The position numbers and the translations under genes are program-made. The notes beneath the pieces are model-generated. The model searched no databases, was not told where the DNA came from, and saw nothing but the letters and a program-made list of their open reading frames with translations. From NCBI GenBank assembly GCA_963664225.1, contig OY760937.1:1856001-1920000 (forward strand): 64,000 nucleotides of DNA, written 5' to 3'. Numbering within the stretch: the stretch's first letter is position 1; each line of letters starts with the position of its first letter. Shown here piece after piece: positions 29,793 to 39,722 of this stretch. The stretch comes from Verrucomicrobiia bacterium. Lineage in GTDB: Bacteria; Verrucomicrobiota; Verrucomicrobiia; Limisphaerales; UBA1319.

Positions 29793-32700
29793 ATGGAAAC
29801 AACGAATCAAAAAAAGAAGGATGGAAGATCACCGTTAACTGCGGCGCCAGCACCAGCGGGGATACCGTTGCGCGTTTTGATCGTGGACGATAACGAGGCG
29901 GACGCACTGCTCTTATTGGATGAGATCCGGCATGCCGGTTATGCGCCGGTCCATGAGCGGGTGGACACGGCGCAGGCGATGGCCGAGGCGCTCGAGCGCC
30001 AGACCTGGGATGTGGTTCTCTCGGATCACAGCATGCCACAGTTCGATTCGACGGGCGCTCTGGCGCTGATTCATGAGAAGGGGCTGGATCTGCCATTCAT
30101 CGTCGCATCCGGTTCGATCGGCGAGGAGGCTGCCGTGGCGCTGATGAAGGCTGGCGCGCATGACTTCATTCTCAAAGGCCACTATGCCCGTCTGGCGCCA
30201 GCCATCGAACGGGAGCGCCGGGAGGCCCGGTTGCGGCAGGACCGCCAAAGGATGGAGCGGGAGCTCCAGCGCAGCGAACAGCGCCTTAAGCTCGCCATGA
30301 CCGCGGCGCGCCTGGATTTGTGGGAATGGGACGTTCGGAAGAATGCGGTGCACTGGCACGGGAGCTCTTTCAACAACTGGAGCCGGAAGGATCGCGATTT
30401 TGAGGGAACCATCGACGACATGCTCGACAAGATACATTCCGAAGACCGCGGGCAGGTGCGCGAGGCGCTCATGACGGCTCTGGATGATTCCAGCGAAAGC
30501 GGCTATTTCGACACCGACATGCGCGTCCTCTCCCCCGGGGGGCGGATACGCTGGGTGCATACCAAAAACAAAGTGCTGCGGGGACCGGAAGGGCACGCCG
30601 AGCGGATTGTGGGCATCGGCATGGACATCACGGAACGCAAGCAGGCCGACCAGGCTCTGCGAGCCTCCGAGGAACGTTTTGAAAAAGTCTTTCAACACAG
30701 CCCCGTGCTCATCCTGATCAGCACCCTGCCCGAGGGACGCATTGTGGATGTGAACGAGGCGTTTGCCCACAACCTGGGCTATGACCGCGAGGAACTGCTG
30801 GGGCGGCTGGAGGAGGAATTGGGCATTTGGGAGGACACCGGCGCGCGCATGGACATCCTTTGCCGTCTCCGGGAGGAAAACCATGTTAACAACCTCGAAG
30901 CAAATCTTCTGCGCAAATCCGGATCGTCCCTGGCGGGCTTGTGCTCCGGCACGACCATCGAAGTGGACGGGAAACCGTGCCTGCTGCTGAGCGTGACGGA
31001 CATTTCCGAGCGCAAATGGGCGGAGGAAGCCCTGCGCGAAAGCGAACAGCGATTCCGCATGCTCGCCACTAATTCGCCCGACGCCATCTTCATGCAGGAC
31101 CGGGACCTGCGCTACATTTGTGTCCTCAACGCGCCCTCCAACCTCATCACCGCCGAGGAAATGCTAGGCCGGACGGATATTGATCTTTTCGGCGCGCAAC
31201 CGGGCGAGGAAATACAGCGCGCCAAACTCGAAGTGATGCGAACAGGCCAACCCGCGAGAACGGAGCGTGTATTGACCTGGCGGGGCAACCAGCACATCTT
31301 CGAATGCAGTTACGAACCACGATTTGGAGCGGGCAATCAGACGATTGGCGTGACCGTGTATGCCCGGGAAATCACGGAGCGCAAAAATGCCGAAGCACAG
31401 CTTTCCTTATACCGGGATCGTCTCGAGGATCTCGTCGCCGAGCGGACCTCCGAACTGACGGCGGCCAACACCCGGCTGCAATCCGAAATCGAGGCCAACC
31501 AACGCGCGCAACTGGCCCTGCGCAAAAGCGAGGCCCTCTACCGCAGGCTCGTGGAAACCTCGCCCGACGCCATCACCCTCATCGATCCCTCGGCAAAAAT
31601 CCTGATGGTCAATTCCAAGGCGCTATCCCTCAACGGATGCGAGTTTCAGGAGGAACTGCTGGGTCGCAGCCTGTTCGATCACATCGCCGCCGTGGATCGC
31701 GCCCGCGCGGCCGAAGCCTTGAAGACAGTATTCAAAGCCGGGTTCGTTGAGCATGAAATCACGGCTCTGAAAAAGGACGGCACGCCCTTTCCAGTCGAAA
31801 TCCGGGCGACGGCCCTCTCTGGAGAAAACAACTCCCCATCCGGTGTCCTGATCGTCATGCGCAACATCACGGAGCGCAAACGGCTTGAGATGGTGGGACG
31901 CCTCTCCAGCGGTCTGGCGCTCAACATCAACAACGTGCTTTCGCCGATTCTGCTGGGCGTGCCAATGCTTCGGGACAAGACTGTTGACGCCAACAGCCAT
32001 GCCATTTTGGCCACCATCGAGTCCAGCGCGCAGCGCGCAGCGGGAATCATCCGTCAACTTTTGGCCGTGGCCCAGGGTTTGACCAGTCAATACGGCCCCA
32101 TTCCTCCGCAACAAATCATCCGAGACGTCGCCGGCACAATTCAGGAAACTTTCCCCTCGGCCATTGGCATCGAGACCTGTCTGGCGCCCAGCCTCTGGCC
32201 CATTATCGGTGACGCGTCCCAACTCCACCAGGCTATCCTCGCCTTATCTCTTAACGCGCGGGATGCCATGCCCGGCGGCGGACGGCTCACGCTCAAAGCT
32301 GAGAATATCCTTATCGATGCGGGAACACTGCCCGACCTTCCCACAGCCAAACCCGGACCCTATGTCATCATCACTGTGGCTGATACCGGGCACGCCTACT
32401 CCCCCGAAAACGCCAGGCGGTTACAGGACGCGCTGCAAACCAGCCATTTCGAGGGATTGGGCCAGGAAGAGCACCTGACTGCCGCCGTCTGGATTGCGCA
32501 CAGCCACGGAGGCTTTGTAACCGTCGATTGCGGGAGGGAGGGGGCGGCGTTTCATGTCTTCATTCCCGCGCAGCCGGTTTCCACATCCGCCGCCGCCTCG
32601 CCTAAGGATGCTTCCGATGCCATGCAGGGCGCCGCAAGCAAGGGACTGGGTATTCTGGTGGTGGACGACGAGGAGATCATGCGCGATATGACGCGCACCA

Positions 32701-33014
32701 TTCTTGAGTCTCAAGGCCATCGTGTTGTGGCGGCTTGCGACGGACCAGAGGCCATCGCCCGCCTGGTGGAGCGAAAAATACCCATCCAAGTGGCCCTGGT
32801 CGATCTGGTCATGCCCTATCTGGACGGTCTGGCCACAATCCAGGCTCTGCAAAAAATCAATCCCGATATCCGCTCCATCCTGATTACCGGCGCCGTTCTG
32901 GATCAGAAGGAATGGGATTTAAAACGCAACCAGATCGATCTGCTGCTGCAGAAACCTTTTTCCTCCGCCGAAATGATTGCCGCCGTCGCAAAGGTCATGG
33001 ACAGGACAAATTAA
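29793..33014 (+). CDS. REC-(PAS)4-HisKA/HATPase-like-REC hybrid sensor with degenerate kinase motifs
   Basis: Two receivers with Asp retained, four PAS/PAC units ending D/E/N-I-T/S-ERK; H-box reads GLALNINN. Confidence 0.9.
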   Translation: METTNQKKKDGRSPLTAAPAPAGIPLRVLIVDDNEADALLLLDEIRHAGYAPVHERVDTAQAMAEALERQTWDVVLSDHSMPQFDSTGALALIHEKGLDLPFIVASGSIGEEAAVALMKAGAHDFILKGHYARLAPAIERERREARLRQDRQRMERELQRSEQRLKLAMTAARLDLWEWDVRKNAVHWHGSSFNNWSRKDRDFEGTIDDMLDKIHSEDRGQVREALMTALDDSSESGYFDTDMRVLSPGGRIRWVHTKNKVLRGPEGHAERIVGIGMDITERKQADQALRASEERFEKVFQHSPVLILISTLPEGRIVDVNEAFAHNLGYDREELLGRLEEELGIWEDTGARMDILCRLREENHVNNLEANLLRKSGSSLAGLCSGTTIEVDGKPCLLLSVTDISERKWAEEALRESEQRFRMLATNSPDAIFMQDRDLRYICVLNAPSNLITAEEMLGRTDIDLFGAQPGEEIQRAKLEVMRTGQPARTERVLTWRGNQHIFECSYEPRFGAGNQTIGVTVYAREITERKNAEAQLSLYRDRLEDLVAERTSELTAANTRLQSEIEANQRAQLALRKSEALYRRLVETSPDAITLIDPSAKILMVNSKALSLNGCEFQEELLGRSLFDHIAAVDRARAAEALKTVFKAGFVEHEITALKKDGTPFPVEIRATALSGENNSPSGVLIVMRNITERKRLEMVGRLSSGLALNINNVLSPILLGVPMLRDKTVDANSHAILATIESSAQRAAGIIRQLLAVAQGLTSQYGPIPPQQIIRDVAGTIQETFPSAIGIETCLAPSLWPIIGDASQLHQAILALSLNARDAMPGGGRLTLKAENILIDAGTLPDLPTAKPGPYVIITVADTGHAYSPENARRLQDALQTSHFEGLGQEEHLTAAVWIAHSHGGFVTVDCGREGAAFHVFIPAQPVSTSAAASPKDASDAMQGAASKGLGILVVDDEEIMRDMTRTILESQGHRVVAACDGPEAIARLVERKIPIQVALVDLVMPYLDGLATIQALQKINPDIRSILITGAVLDQKEWDLKRNQIDLLLQKPFSSAEMIAAVAKVMDRTN

Positions 33015-33151
33015 ACACTTTAATGCCCGGACCGGGTCGCACATCAGAGTCATACAGCTCTTGAGAAGGTCCCTTATACATTACAATGCCGGAGCGATTT
33101 TGTATCTCCTAAAACCTTGTGTAACTCCTGATTCGCGGTTAAACTGCATCC

Positions 33152-33730
33152 ATGAATAAAGGCGTATTGGTGCTCCTATTGGTTCCAATCCTGGTCCTGC
33201 TGGGTCTAGTGCTGATCGGCGCCCTTTGGGGTGTGGCCGCCTACAACGGCCTGGTGACGCTGCGCCAGAAGGTCCGCAACGCCTGGGCGCAGATCGATGT
33301 CCAGCTCAAGCGCCGCCATGATTTGATCCCCAACCTCGTCAATACGGTCAAGGGTTACGCAGCGCACGAGAAGGACACCTTCGAACGGGTCATCAATGCC
33401 CGCGCCAAGGCCACGAGTGTCACGCTCCCTGCCGATTGCATCAAAGCCGAAGGCGAGCTCAGCTCCGCCCTGGCCCGACTGATGGCGGTGTCAGAGGCCT
33501 ATCCCGATCTCAAGGCCAACCAGAATTTCATGGCCCTCCAGCAGGAGCTTACCGGAACAGAAGACCGCGTGGCCTTTTCCCGACAGGGTTACAATGACAG
33601 CGTGATGCAATTGAACACGCGCATTCAATCGTTCCCCACGGTATTCGTGGCGCGCATGTTCGGCTTCAAAGAAGAGCCATTCTTCGAATCTCCCGAGGAC
33701 GAGCGCCAGGCCCCCACCGTGCAGTTTTGA
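33152..33730 (+). CDS. lemA: LemA family protein
   Basis: AWAQIDVQLKRRHDLIPNLVNTVKGYAAHE, EAYPDLKANQNF. Confidence 0.95.
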   Translation: MNKGVLVLLLVPILVLLGLVLIGALWGVAAYNGLVTLRQKVRNAWAQIDVQLKRRHDLIPNLVNTVKGYAAHEKDTFERVINARAKATSVTLPADCIKAEGELSSALARLMAVSEAYPDLKANQNFMALQQELTGTEDRVAFSRQGYNDSVMQLNTRIQSFPTVFVARMFGFKEEPFFESPEDERQAPTVQF

Positions 33731-33897
33731 ACGGTGTCTCATTCGTACTTAGCGGCGTCCCGGTAGGGCGGAGGCGGAAGTTTTTTCTGGATTCAAAATC
33801 GTTCAGCCCCTAGAAAAGGTTCAAGAAATCAATCCTTTGTGCCGGGACGGGCTTTGCCGCTGTGTGCGGTCGCGTTCATCAGCATGAGGATCAACCA

Positions 33898-35265
33898 ATG
33901 CATGACATGAATAAAGAACACATTCCTGCTTCCAACGCAGATCTTTCGCGCCGTCATTTTCTGAAAAACACCTCCCTGGGAATCGCCGGCGCAGCAGCAG
34001 CCGTGCAAATGCCCTTCATCCTCACTGCGCATGCCGCCCCGGATGATCCGATTAAAATCGGACTCATCGGCTGTGGCGGGCGGGGAACCGGCGCCGCACT
34101 GGATGCCCTGGGCGCCGCCGCGAACGTCATTTATCCAAAGGCCGGCTATCACACCGAGGACGTTCAGCAAAATGCCCAGGTCACTGAAAAAGGGGTCAAG
34201 ATCGTGGCCCTGGCCGATGTGTTTCCAGACCGCCTCGAGCGCTGCCGCACCCAGCTCAGCAAACTCAATATGGCGATTGGCGACGAATACTGCTTCACCG
34301 GATTCGACGCCTACAAAAAGCTCCTCGAGGTCAAGGAGATCAACTACGTCATCTGCGCCACTCCGCCCCATTTCCGTCCCATCCACCTGCGCGCCGCCAT
34401 TGAAGCGGGCAAAAACGTATTCCTGGAAAAACCGGTCGCCGTGGACGGCCCCGGCGTGCGTTCCGTGATTGAATCCGGCGAACTTGCCAAACAAAAAGGC
34501 CTGGGTATTGCGGTTGGAACCCAGCGTCGCCACCAAACCAGCTACATCGAAGCGATCAAACGCATCAAGGACGGCGCCATCGGCGATATCGTCTATGGAC
34601 GCGTCTATTGGAACGGCGGCGTGATCTGGGTCATCAAGCCCGATCCCAAGTGGAGCGACATGGAATGGCAGTTGCGGAACTGGAACTATTTCACCTGGCT
34701 CGGCGGCGATCACATTGTCGAGCAGCACGTTCACAACCTGGACATCGCCAACTGGGTCATGGGCACGCCCGTGAAGGCCTACGGCCGCGGCGGACGCCAT
34801 GCCCGTCCCGATAAGAATTACGGCCACATTTTCGACCATTTCTCGATCGAGTTCGAGTATGCCAACGGCGCGCGGCTCTTCAGCGCCTGCACCCAGATGG
34901 ATGGTTGCGAGGATCGCGTCGGCGAAGCCGTTGTGGGCACCAAAGGGACGAGTAATTGCCAGAACTTCATCCAACCCACGGGTGGCCAGGCCTGGCGCTT
35001 TTCCGGCAAGGATTCCAATCCCTACCGCCAGGAACATCTGGACCTGATCAACAGCATTCGCGCGGGCAAGCCGATCAATGAGGCCAAAAACGCCGCCGAA
35101 AGCACGCTCATGGGCATCATGGGCCGCGAAGCCGCCTACTCCGGCAAAAGCATCACCTGGGAGCAGGCCTTGAACTCGACGAAGCACCTGGGACCGGCCA
35201 CCTACGAAATGGGATCGCTGCCCTTCCCTGAAGTCGCCATGCCGGAAACATACAAAATATCCTAA
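33898..35265 (+). CDS. Tat-exported Gfo/Idh/MocA oxidoreductase
   Basis: SRRHFLK twin-arginine motif, IGLIGCGGRGTGA, EKPVAVD, GDHIVEQHVHNLD. Confidence 0.92.
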   Translation: MHDMNKEHIPASNADLSRRHFLKNTSLGIAGAAAAVQMPFILTAHAAPDDPIKIGLIGCGGRGTGAALDALGAAANVIYPKAGYHTEDVQQNAQVTEKGVKIVALADVFPDRLERCRTQLSKLNMAIGDEYCFTGFDAYKKLLEVKEINYVICATPPHFRPIHLRAAIEAGKNVFLEKPVAVDGPGVRSVIESGELAKQKGLGIAVGTQRRHQTSYIEAIKRIKDGAIGDIVYGRVYWNGGVIWVIKPDPKWSDMEWQLRNWNYFTWLGGDHIVEQHVHNLDIANWVMGTPVKAYGRGGRHARPDKNYGHIFDHFSIEFEYANGARLFSACTQMDGCEDRVGEAVVGTKGTSNCQNFIQPTGGQAWRFSGKDSNPYRQEHLDLINSIRAGKPINEAKNAAESTLMGIMGREAAYSGKSITWEQALNSTKHLGPATYEMGSLPFPEVAMPETYKIS

Positions 35266-35375
35266 GCCCGGCGAATATTCCGATGTAAAAACCGGGCCGC
35301 CCCGGTTCGATTGTGAACGCGCCTTTCAACCAACGTTGACAGGCGCGTTTCCATGATCTGATATTGTCACAGTTT

Positions 35376-36065
35376 ATGTGCGGACGTTTCAGCCAGACGC
35401 AGGACCCCGGTGAGCTCGCGCCGCGCTTTCAGGCCCGGAACTTTGTTCCAGACTGGACGCCACGCTATAACATCGCGCCCACACAAAACGCGGCCGTTGT
35501 CATTGCCCTAGCTGAGGGCCGCGTGCTCCAATTAATGCGTTGGGGCCTCGTTCCATTCTGGGCCAAGGACGAAACGATCGGGGCCAAAATGATCAACGCC
35601 CGCGCGGAAACCCTGAGCCAGAAACCGGCGTTCCGCAAACTCTTCGAAAAGCAACGCTGTCTGGTCGTTGCGGATGGCTATTACGAATGGCGCAAGTCCG
35701 GCGTCCTCAAGGAACCGTTCCGCTTCGTTCTCAACAGCGGCGAACCATTCGCCATGGCGGGTCTTTACGAACGCTGGCCCCTGACTGGTCTCGAAACCTT
35801 CACGGTCATCACCACGCAGGCCAACGAACTGGCGCGCTCTGTCCATGATCGTATGCCGGTCCTGCTCGAACCCTCCCAATACACGGCGTGGCTCGATTTC
35901 AAATACCACGACACCGCCGCGCTCGAACGTTTCCTCGCGCCCTTCCCCTCAACACGCATGAAGTGCTTCCGCGTTTCGCCCCGCGTCAACAGCGCCCGCC
36001 ACGACGATCCCCAGTGCATCACTCCCCTGCCCAGCCAGGTTGTTTTTCCCGGGTTTAACGCGTGA
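35376..36065 (+). CDS. SRAP (YedK/HMCES-like) abasic-site protection protein
   Basis: N-terminal MCGRF, RYNIAPTQ, INARAET, GYYEW, HDRMPV. Confidence 0.95.
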   Translation: MCGRFSQTQDPGELAPRFQARNFVPDWTPRYNIAPTQNAAVVIALAEGRVLQLMRWGLVPFWAKDETIGAKMINARAETLSQKPAFRKLFEKQRCLVVADGYYEWRKSGVLKEPFRFVLNSGEPFAMAGLYERWPLTGLETFTVITTQANELARSVHDRMPVLLEPSQYTAWLDFKYHDTAALERFLAPFPSTRMKCFRVSPRVNSARHDDPQCITPLPSQVVFPGFNA

Positions 36066-36195
36066 AAGGGCCAACGCCCATGTTACCAGTCATCACAACA
36101 TGGCAATGATTCCTGTATTTGACTTTAATATATTTGTGGCACGTATGATTCGTAGGTCATAATATCCATACATCTGGTTGGTCGAATGTTTATTT

Positions 36196-36786
36196 ATGAT
36201 CTCTCGCAATACGAAGATTGTTTTAGGTTCTTCTGCCTGCGTTATCGTATTGCTGGTGGCTCTCGTCGCAGCCTGGCTTCACCACTTGGGTAAGGTGCAC
36301 CGACACTGCATCAAAATCACGGGAATGGCATTCAAGATGTATGCCACCGATCACAATGGCACATTCCCTTACCATACAAACGGTTTTGGGGATGCGCTGT
36401 TGCTGCTGGTAAAAGAACATCATGTGGACCGCGTGACCTATCTCTGTGGACCCGGGGACGATGGGCATGTACTTACCAACGCTCTAGCTCAGGGGCTGGA
36501 TGTGCCAGAGGAACAGTGCAGCCGGGTTTACGTCCAGGGATTGTCCGAAACAAATGATCCAATGCTCTGCATCCTGTTTGATCGTCGCTCAGCGAAGGGA
36601 GGGGACCATAATTACGGCTTTGGAAAACCGCTTCGGGAAGTTTGCATGCTAGACGGATCCATGCTTTCTATTGGGGATGAGCGATGGCCCGAGTTCAGTC
36701 GCCAGCAGGTCGAGTTGCTGGTCACCGCCGGATTCAAACACGAGAAAGCATTGGAATATTATCCAGCAGCGGCCCAGTCAAAATAG
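36196..36786 (+). CDS. Prepilin-associated (DUF1559/H-X9-DG-like) protein lacking the N-methylation motif
   Basis: TM helix then HCIKITGMAFKMYATDH..FP; variant H...MLDGS tail. Confidence 0.6.
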   Translation: MISRNTKIVLGSSACVIVLLVALVAAWLHHLGKVHRHCIKITGMAFKMYATDHNGTFPYHTNGFGDALLLLVKEHHVDRVTYLCGPGDDGHVLTNALAQGLDVPEEQCSRVYVQGLSETNDPMLCILFDRRSAKGGDHNYGFGKPLREVCMLDGSMLSIGDERWPEFSRQQVELLVTAGFKHEKALEYYPAAAQSK

Positions 36787-36831
36787 GTAATAAGACGTTC
36801 AATAAAGCTGAAGCAACCACTCGAAGCTAAA

Positions 36832-37479
36832 ATGAAGCTGACACAAACCAAATCAATCAGAGCGTTTACCAGAACCGAGCTTCTCGTCACCATCGCCTGT
36901 CTGGTGGTTATTTTGGCGGCAATTATTTTACCCGCCGTGGCAAAACGGACGGCCCACTCAGCAAGGATAGGTTGCCTAAATAATATTAAAAACATTGGAC
37001 TGGCATTTCGAATCTGGGCCACAGACAACCACGATCTCTTTCCAATGCAGGTGTCCACAAACGATGGGGGGACGAAGGAGTTGATCCCCAGTGGGGCGGT
37101 CTTCCCTCATTTTCTTGCCATGTCCAACGAACTAAGCACCCCGAAGATCCTGCTTTGTCCCAATGACAACAGGCCTGCGGCGACAAATTTCATGTCAGAC
37201 CTGACCGACACAAATATCAGCTACTTCTTAAACCTGGACGCGGTGGAAAATCCCTCCGACATGTTGGCCGGTGACCGCAACCTTACAAACAGGCCCCCGG
37301 CAGGCAGCCGGCTGGTTCCTATCACAAAAAACTCCATTCTCAGCTGGACCGAGGAAATGCATTTTGGGAAAGGAAACCTTGTTTTCGGAGACGGTCACGT
37401 TGCTCAATTCGCTAATGGCAGCACTGGCACTGTCGTCAACATCCCCGAAAGTGTCACGAATCGGCTGGCGGTTCCGTAG
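36832..37479 (+). CDS. Prepilin-type protein with H-X9-DG domain
   Basis: AFTRTELLVTI, CLNNIKNIGLAFRIWATD, MHFGKGNLVFGDGHV. Confidence 0.88.
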   Translation: MKLTQTKSIRAFTRTELLVTIACLVVILAAIILPAVAKRTAHSARIGCLNNIKNIGLAFRIWATDNHDLFPMQVSTNDGGTKELIPSGAVFPHFLAMSNELSTPKILLCPNDNRPAATNFMSDLTDTNISYFLNLDAVENPSDMLAGDRNLTNRPPAGSRLVPITKNSILSWTEEMHFGKGNLVFGDGHVAQFANGSTGTVVNIPESVTNRLAVP

Positions 37480-37663
37480 CCATTTTAAAAATGAATTTGC
37501 CAATCGCTTAAAATAGAGAGTTTTCTGAAGCGAAGAGAATTTGTTAAGCACTGCGCCGGGCTGGCGGCCAGCGTGGTGGGATTGGAATGCAACGCGTCGT
37601 GACACTTAACGAGAGTCGATTTTTTGATTCATCCCCAGGGATTCCATCCTGTAGGCTCAGGCC

Positions 37664-39442
37664 ATGAACATGAATAGAACGCGCTGGAGGTTTTCAAAAC
37701 TTTCAATCTGGTCGTTCGGTCTGATTGCGATGCTGAACATGCTGGCGGGCTCAGCCTTCGCGGAGGAACAACCCAAGCCGTTGAAGGGCCGGGTGGTGGT
37801 TCTGGGCGATAGCATCACCTACGCGGGGCAGTTCGTGGATTATATCGAGGCCGGATTAAAGCTGGCCCAGCCCACAAACGCATTCGAGGTCTTCAATCTG
37901 GGTCTGCCCAGCGAGACGGTGTCCGGCCTGTCGGAACCGGGACATGCGGGCGGGGCATTTCCGCGACCTGATTTGCACGAGCGGTTGGAACGCGTGATGC
38001 AGAAGGCGAAGCCGGACGTGGTCATTGCCTGCTACGGAATCAACGATGGTATTTACTTCCCGCTGGGCGAGGACCGTTTCAAGGCGTTCCAGGATGGCAT
38101 GCGCCGGTTGCACGATCGGGCGCTGGCCGCAGGCGCGCGGATCATTCACCTCACGCCGCCCGTGTTCGACCCGTTACCCCTTAAAGGCCGAACGCTACCG
38201 GCTGGCCGCGACTCCTATCCCCAACCCTATGAAGACTACAACAAGGTCTTGGATCATTACTCGGCATGGTTGATGGCTCAGAAAGCTCAAGGCTGGGAAG
38301 TGGTGGACATTCACACGCCCATCAATGAGTTCCTCGCCGCGAAACGTCAGAGCGATCCCAATTTCACGCTGGCCGGGGACGGGGTGCATCCGAACGAAGT
38401 CGGACATTGGCTGATGGCCCGGCCGTTACTGGACTATTTGGTTCCCACGGCGGATTTTGCGAAATGGGCGGATGCCAACCAAATGGCGGCGCATTATCCC
38501 CACGGAGCGGAGTTACTGAAACTGGTACAGGAACGGCAACAGTTGCTCAAGGACGCCTGGCTGACGGACATCGGCCACAAACGGCCTGGCATGGGCAAAG
38601 GCCTTGCCCTGGCGGAGGCGCAGCAAAAAGCCGCCGCGCTGGAGGTCCAGTTGCAAGCCCTGCTGAAAACTTCAGGCGAGAGCCAGAACCATAACGCGCC
38701 ATTCCCCGGGAAGCGTTCCGATTGGAATGGATTCGAACGTTATGATTTCGCCATTGATGGAATAATTGTGACGGCCATCTGCCCGAAGCAGCGGCTGCCC
38801 GGCAAGCCATGGGCGTGGAAAGGCGAGTTTCTGGATGCTTTTCCAGGAACGGAAATCGCCCTGCTGGGACGGGGCTTTTATATCGTTTATGTGGCGATTC
38901 CGGACATGCTGGGTTGCCCCGAGGCGGTGCAGGGCTGGAACACGTGTTACCAGGAGTTGACCAGCAAATACGGACTGGCAAGGAAGGCGGCGCTCATCGG
39001 TTTGAGCCGTGGTGGTCTCTATTGCTACAACTGGGCCGCCGCCAATCCCGACAAGGTGGCCTGCATTTATGGCGACGCGCCGGTCTGTGATTTCAAGAGT
39101 TGGCCGGGAGGCAAAGGCAAGGGACAGGGCAGCGCCCGCGATTGGCAATTGGTCATGGAACGTTACCATTTCAAGACCGAAGCGGAGGCCCTGGCCTATG
39201 ACAAGAATCCAGTGGATAACCTCGCGCCATTGGCCAAGGCCGGCATACCATTGCTGCATGTTTATGGCGATGCCGACGATGTGGTGCCGTGGGAGGAAAA
39301 CACCGGCAAACTGGCCGAACGCTACCGCCAGCTTGGGGGCGGTATCACGCTGATCTCCAAACCTGGAGTCGGACACCATCCGCATGGCCTGACGGATCCG
39401 ACGCCAATCGTTGATTTTATTATAAAACACTTCGTCCAATAA
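37664..39442 (+). CDS. Secreted SGNH/GDSL hydrolase fused to an alpha/beta-hydrolase
   Basis: GDSIT, YGIND, DGVHP; then GLSRGG, GDADDVV, GHHPHG. Confidence 0.88.
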   Translation: MNMNRTRWRFSKLSIWSFGLIAMLNMLAGSAFAEEQPKPLKGRVVVLGDSITYAGQFVDYIEAGLKLAQPTNAFEVFNLGLPSETVSGLSEPGHAGGAFPRPDLHERLERVMQKAKPDVVIACYGINDGIYFPLGEDRFKAFQDGMRRLHDRALAAGARIIHLTPPVFDPLPLKGRTLPAGRDSYPQPYEDYNKVLDHYSAWLMAQKAQGWEVVDIHTPINEFLAAKRQSDPNFTLAGDGVHPNEVGHWLMARPLLDYLVPTADFAKWADANQMAAHYPHGAELLKLVQERQQLLKDAWLTDIGHKRPGMGKGLALAEAQQKAAALEVQLQALLKTSGESQNHNAPFPGKRSDWNGFERYDFAIDGIIVTAICPKQRLPGKPWAWKGEFLDAFPGTEIALLGRGFYIVYVAIPDMLGCPEAVQGWNTCYQELTSKYGLARKAALIGLSRGGLYCYNWAAANPDKVACIYGDAPVCDFKSWPGGKGKGQGSARDWQLVMERYHFKTEAEALAYDKNPVDNLAPLAKAGIPLLHVYGDADDVVPWEENTGKLAERYRQLGGGITLISKPGVGHHPHGLTDPTPIVDFIIKHFVQ

Positions 39443-39722
39443 ATCGACGGGCTCCAGAGGCAGGAAAATCACGGGCCACGCACGCGCTTCTGCGACTGCA
39501 TTGGCACGATCCCAGATTGCTGTGTGGGTACAGAAGATCTTCGGCACAATGTGTCTTCGTTTCCCGTTTGGAGGGCCGTTACTCGCCGGGCCATTCCTGA
39601 TCTTGTCCCCATCTCTCAAGTTTATTGACGCTCTGCCGATAAGAGGGCTGTGATGAACCGAAGGATTGTGTATTGAAAAGATTATTGCGAATGTTTTATC
39701 TTTCAGCCGATCATTTAATCCA

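Noticed and set aside
33829..35187. 452-aa antisense ORF
   Set aside because: Shadow of the Gfo/Idh/MocA gene; no independent motifs.
35305..35318. GTTC-N6-GAAC upstream of SRAP as an SOS box
   Set aside because: Spacing and flanks do not fit TGTTC-N4-GAACA.
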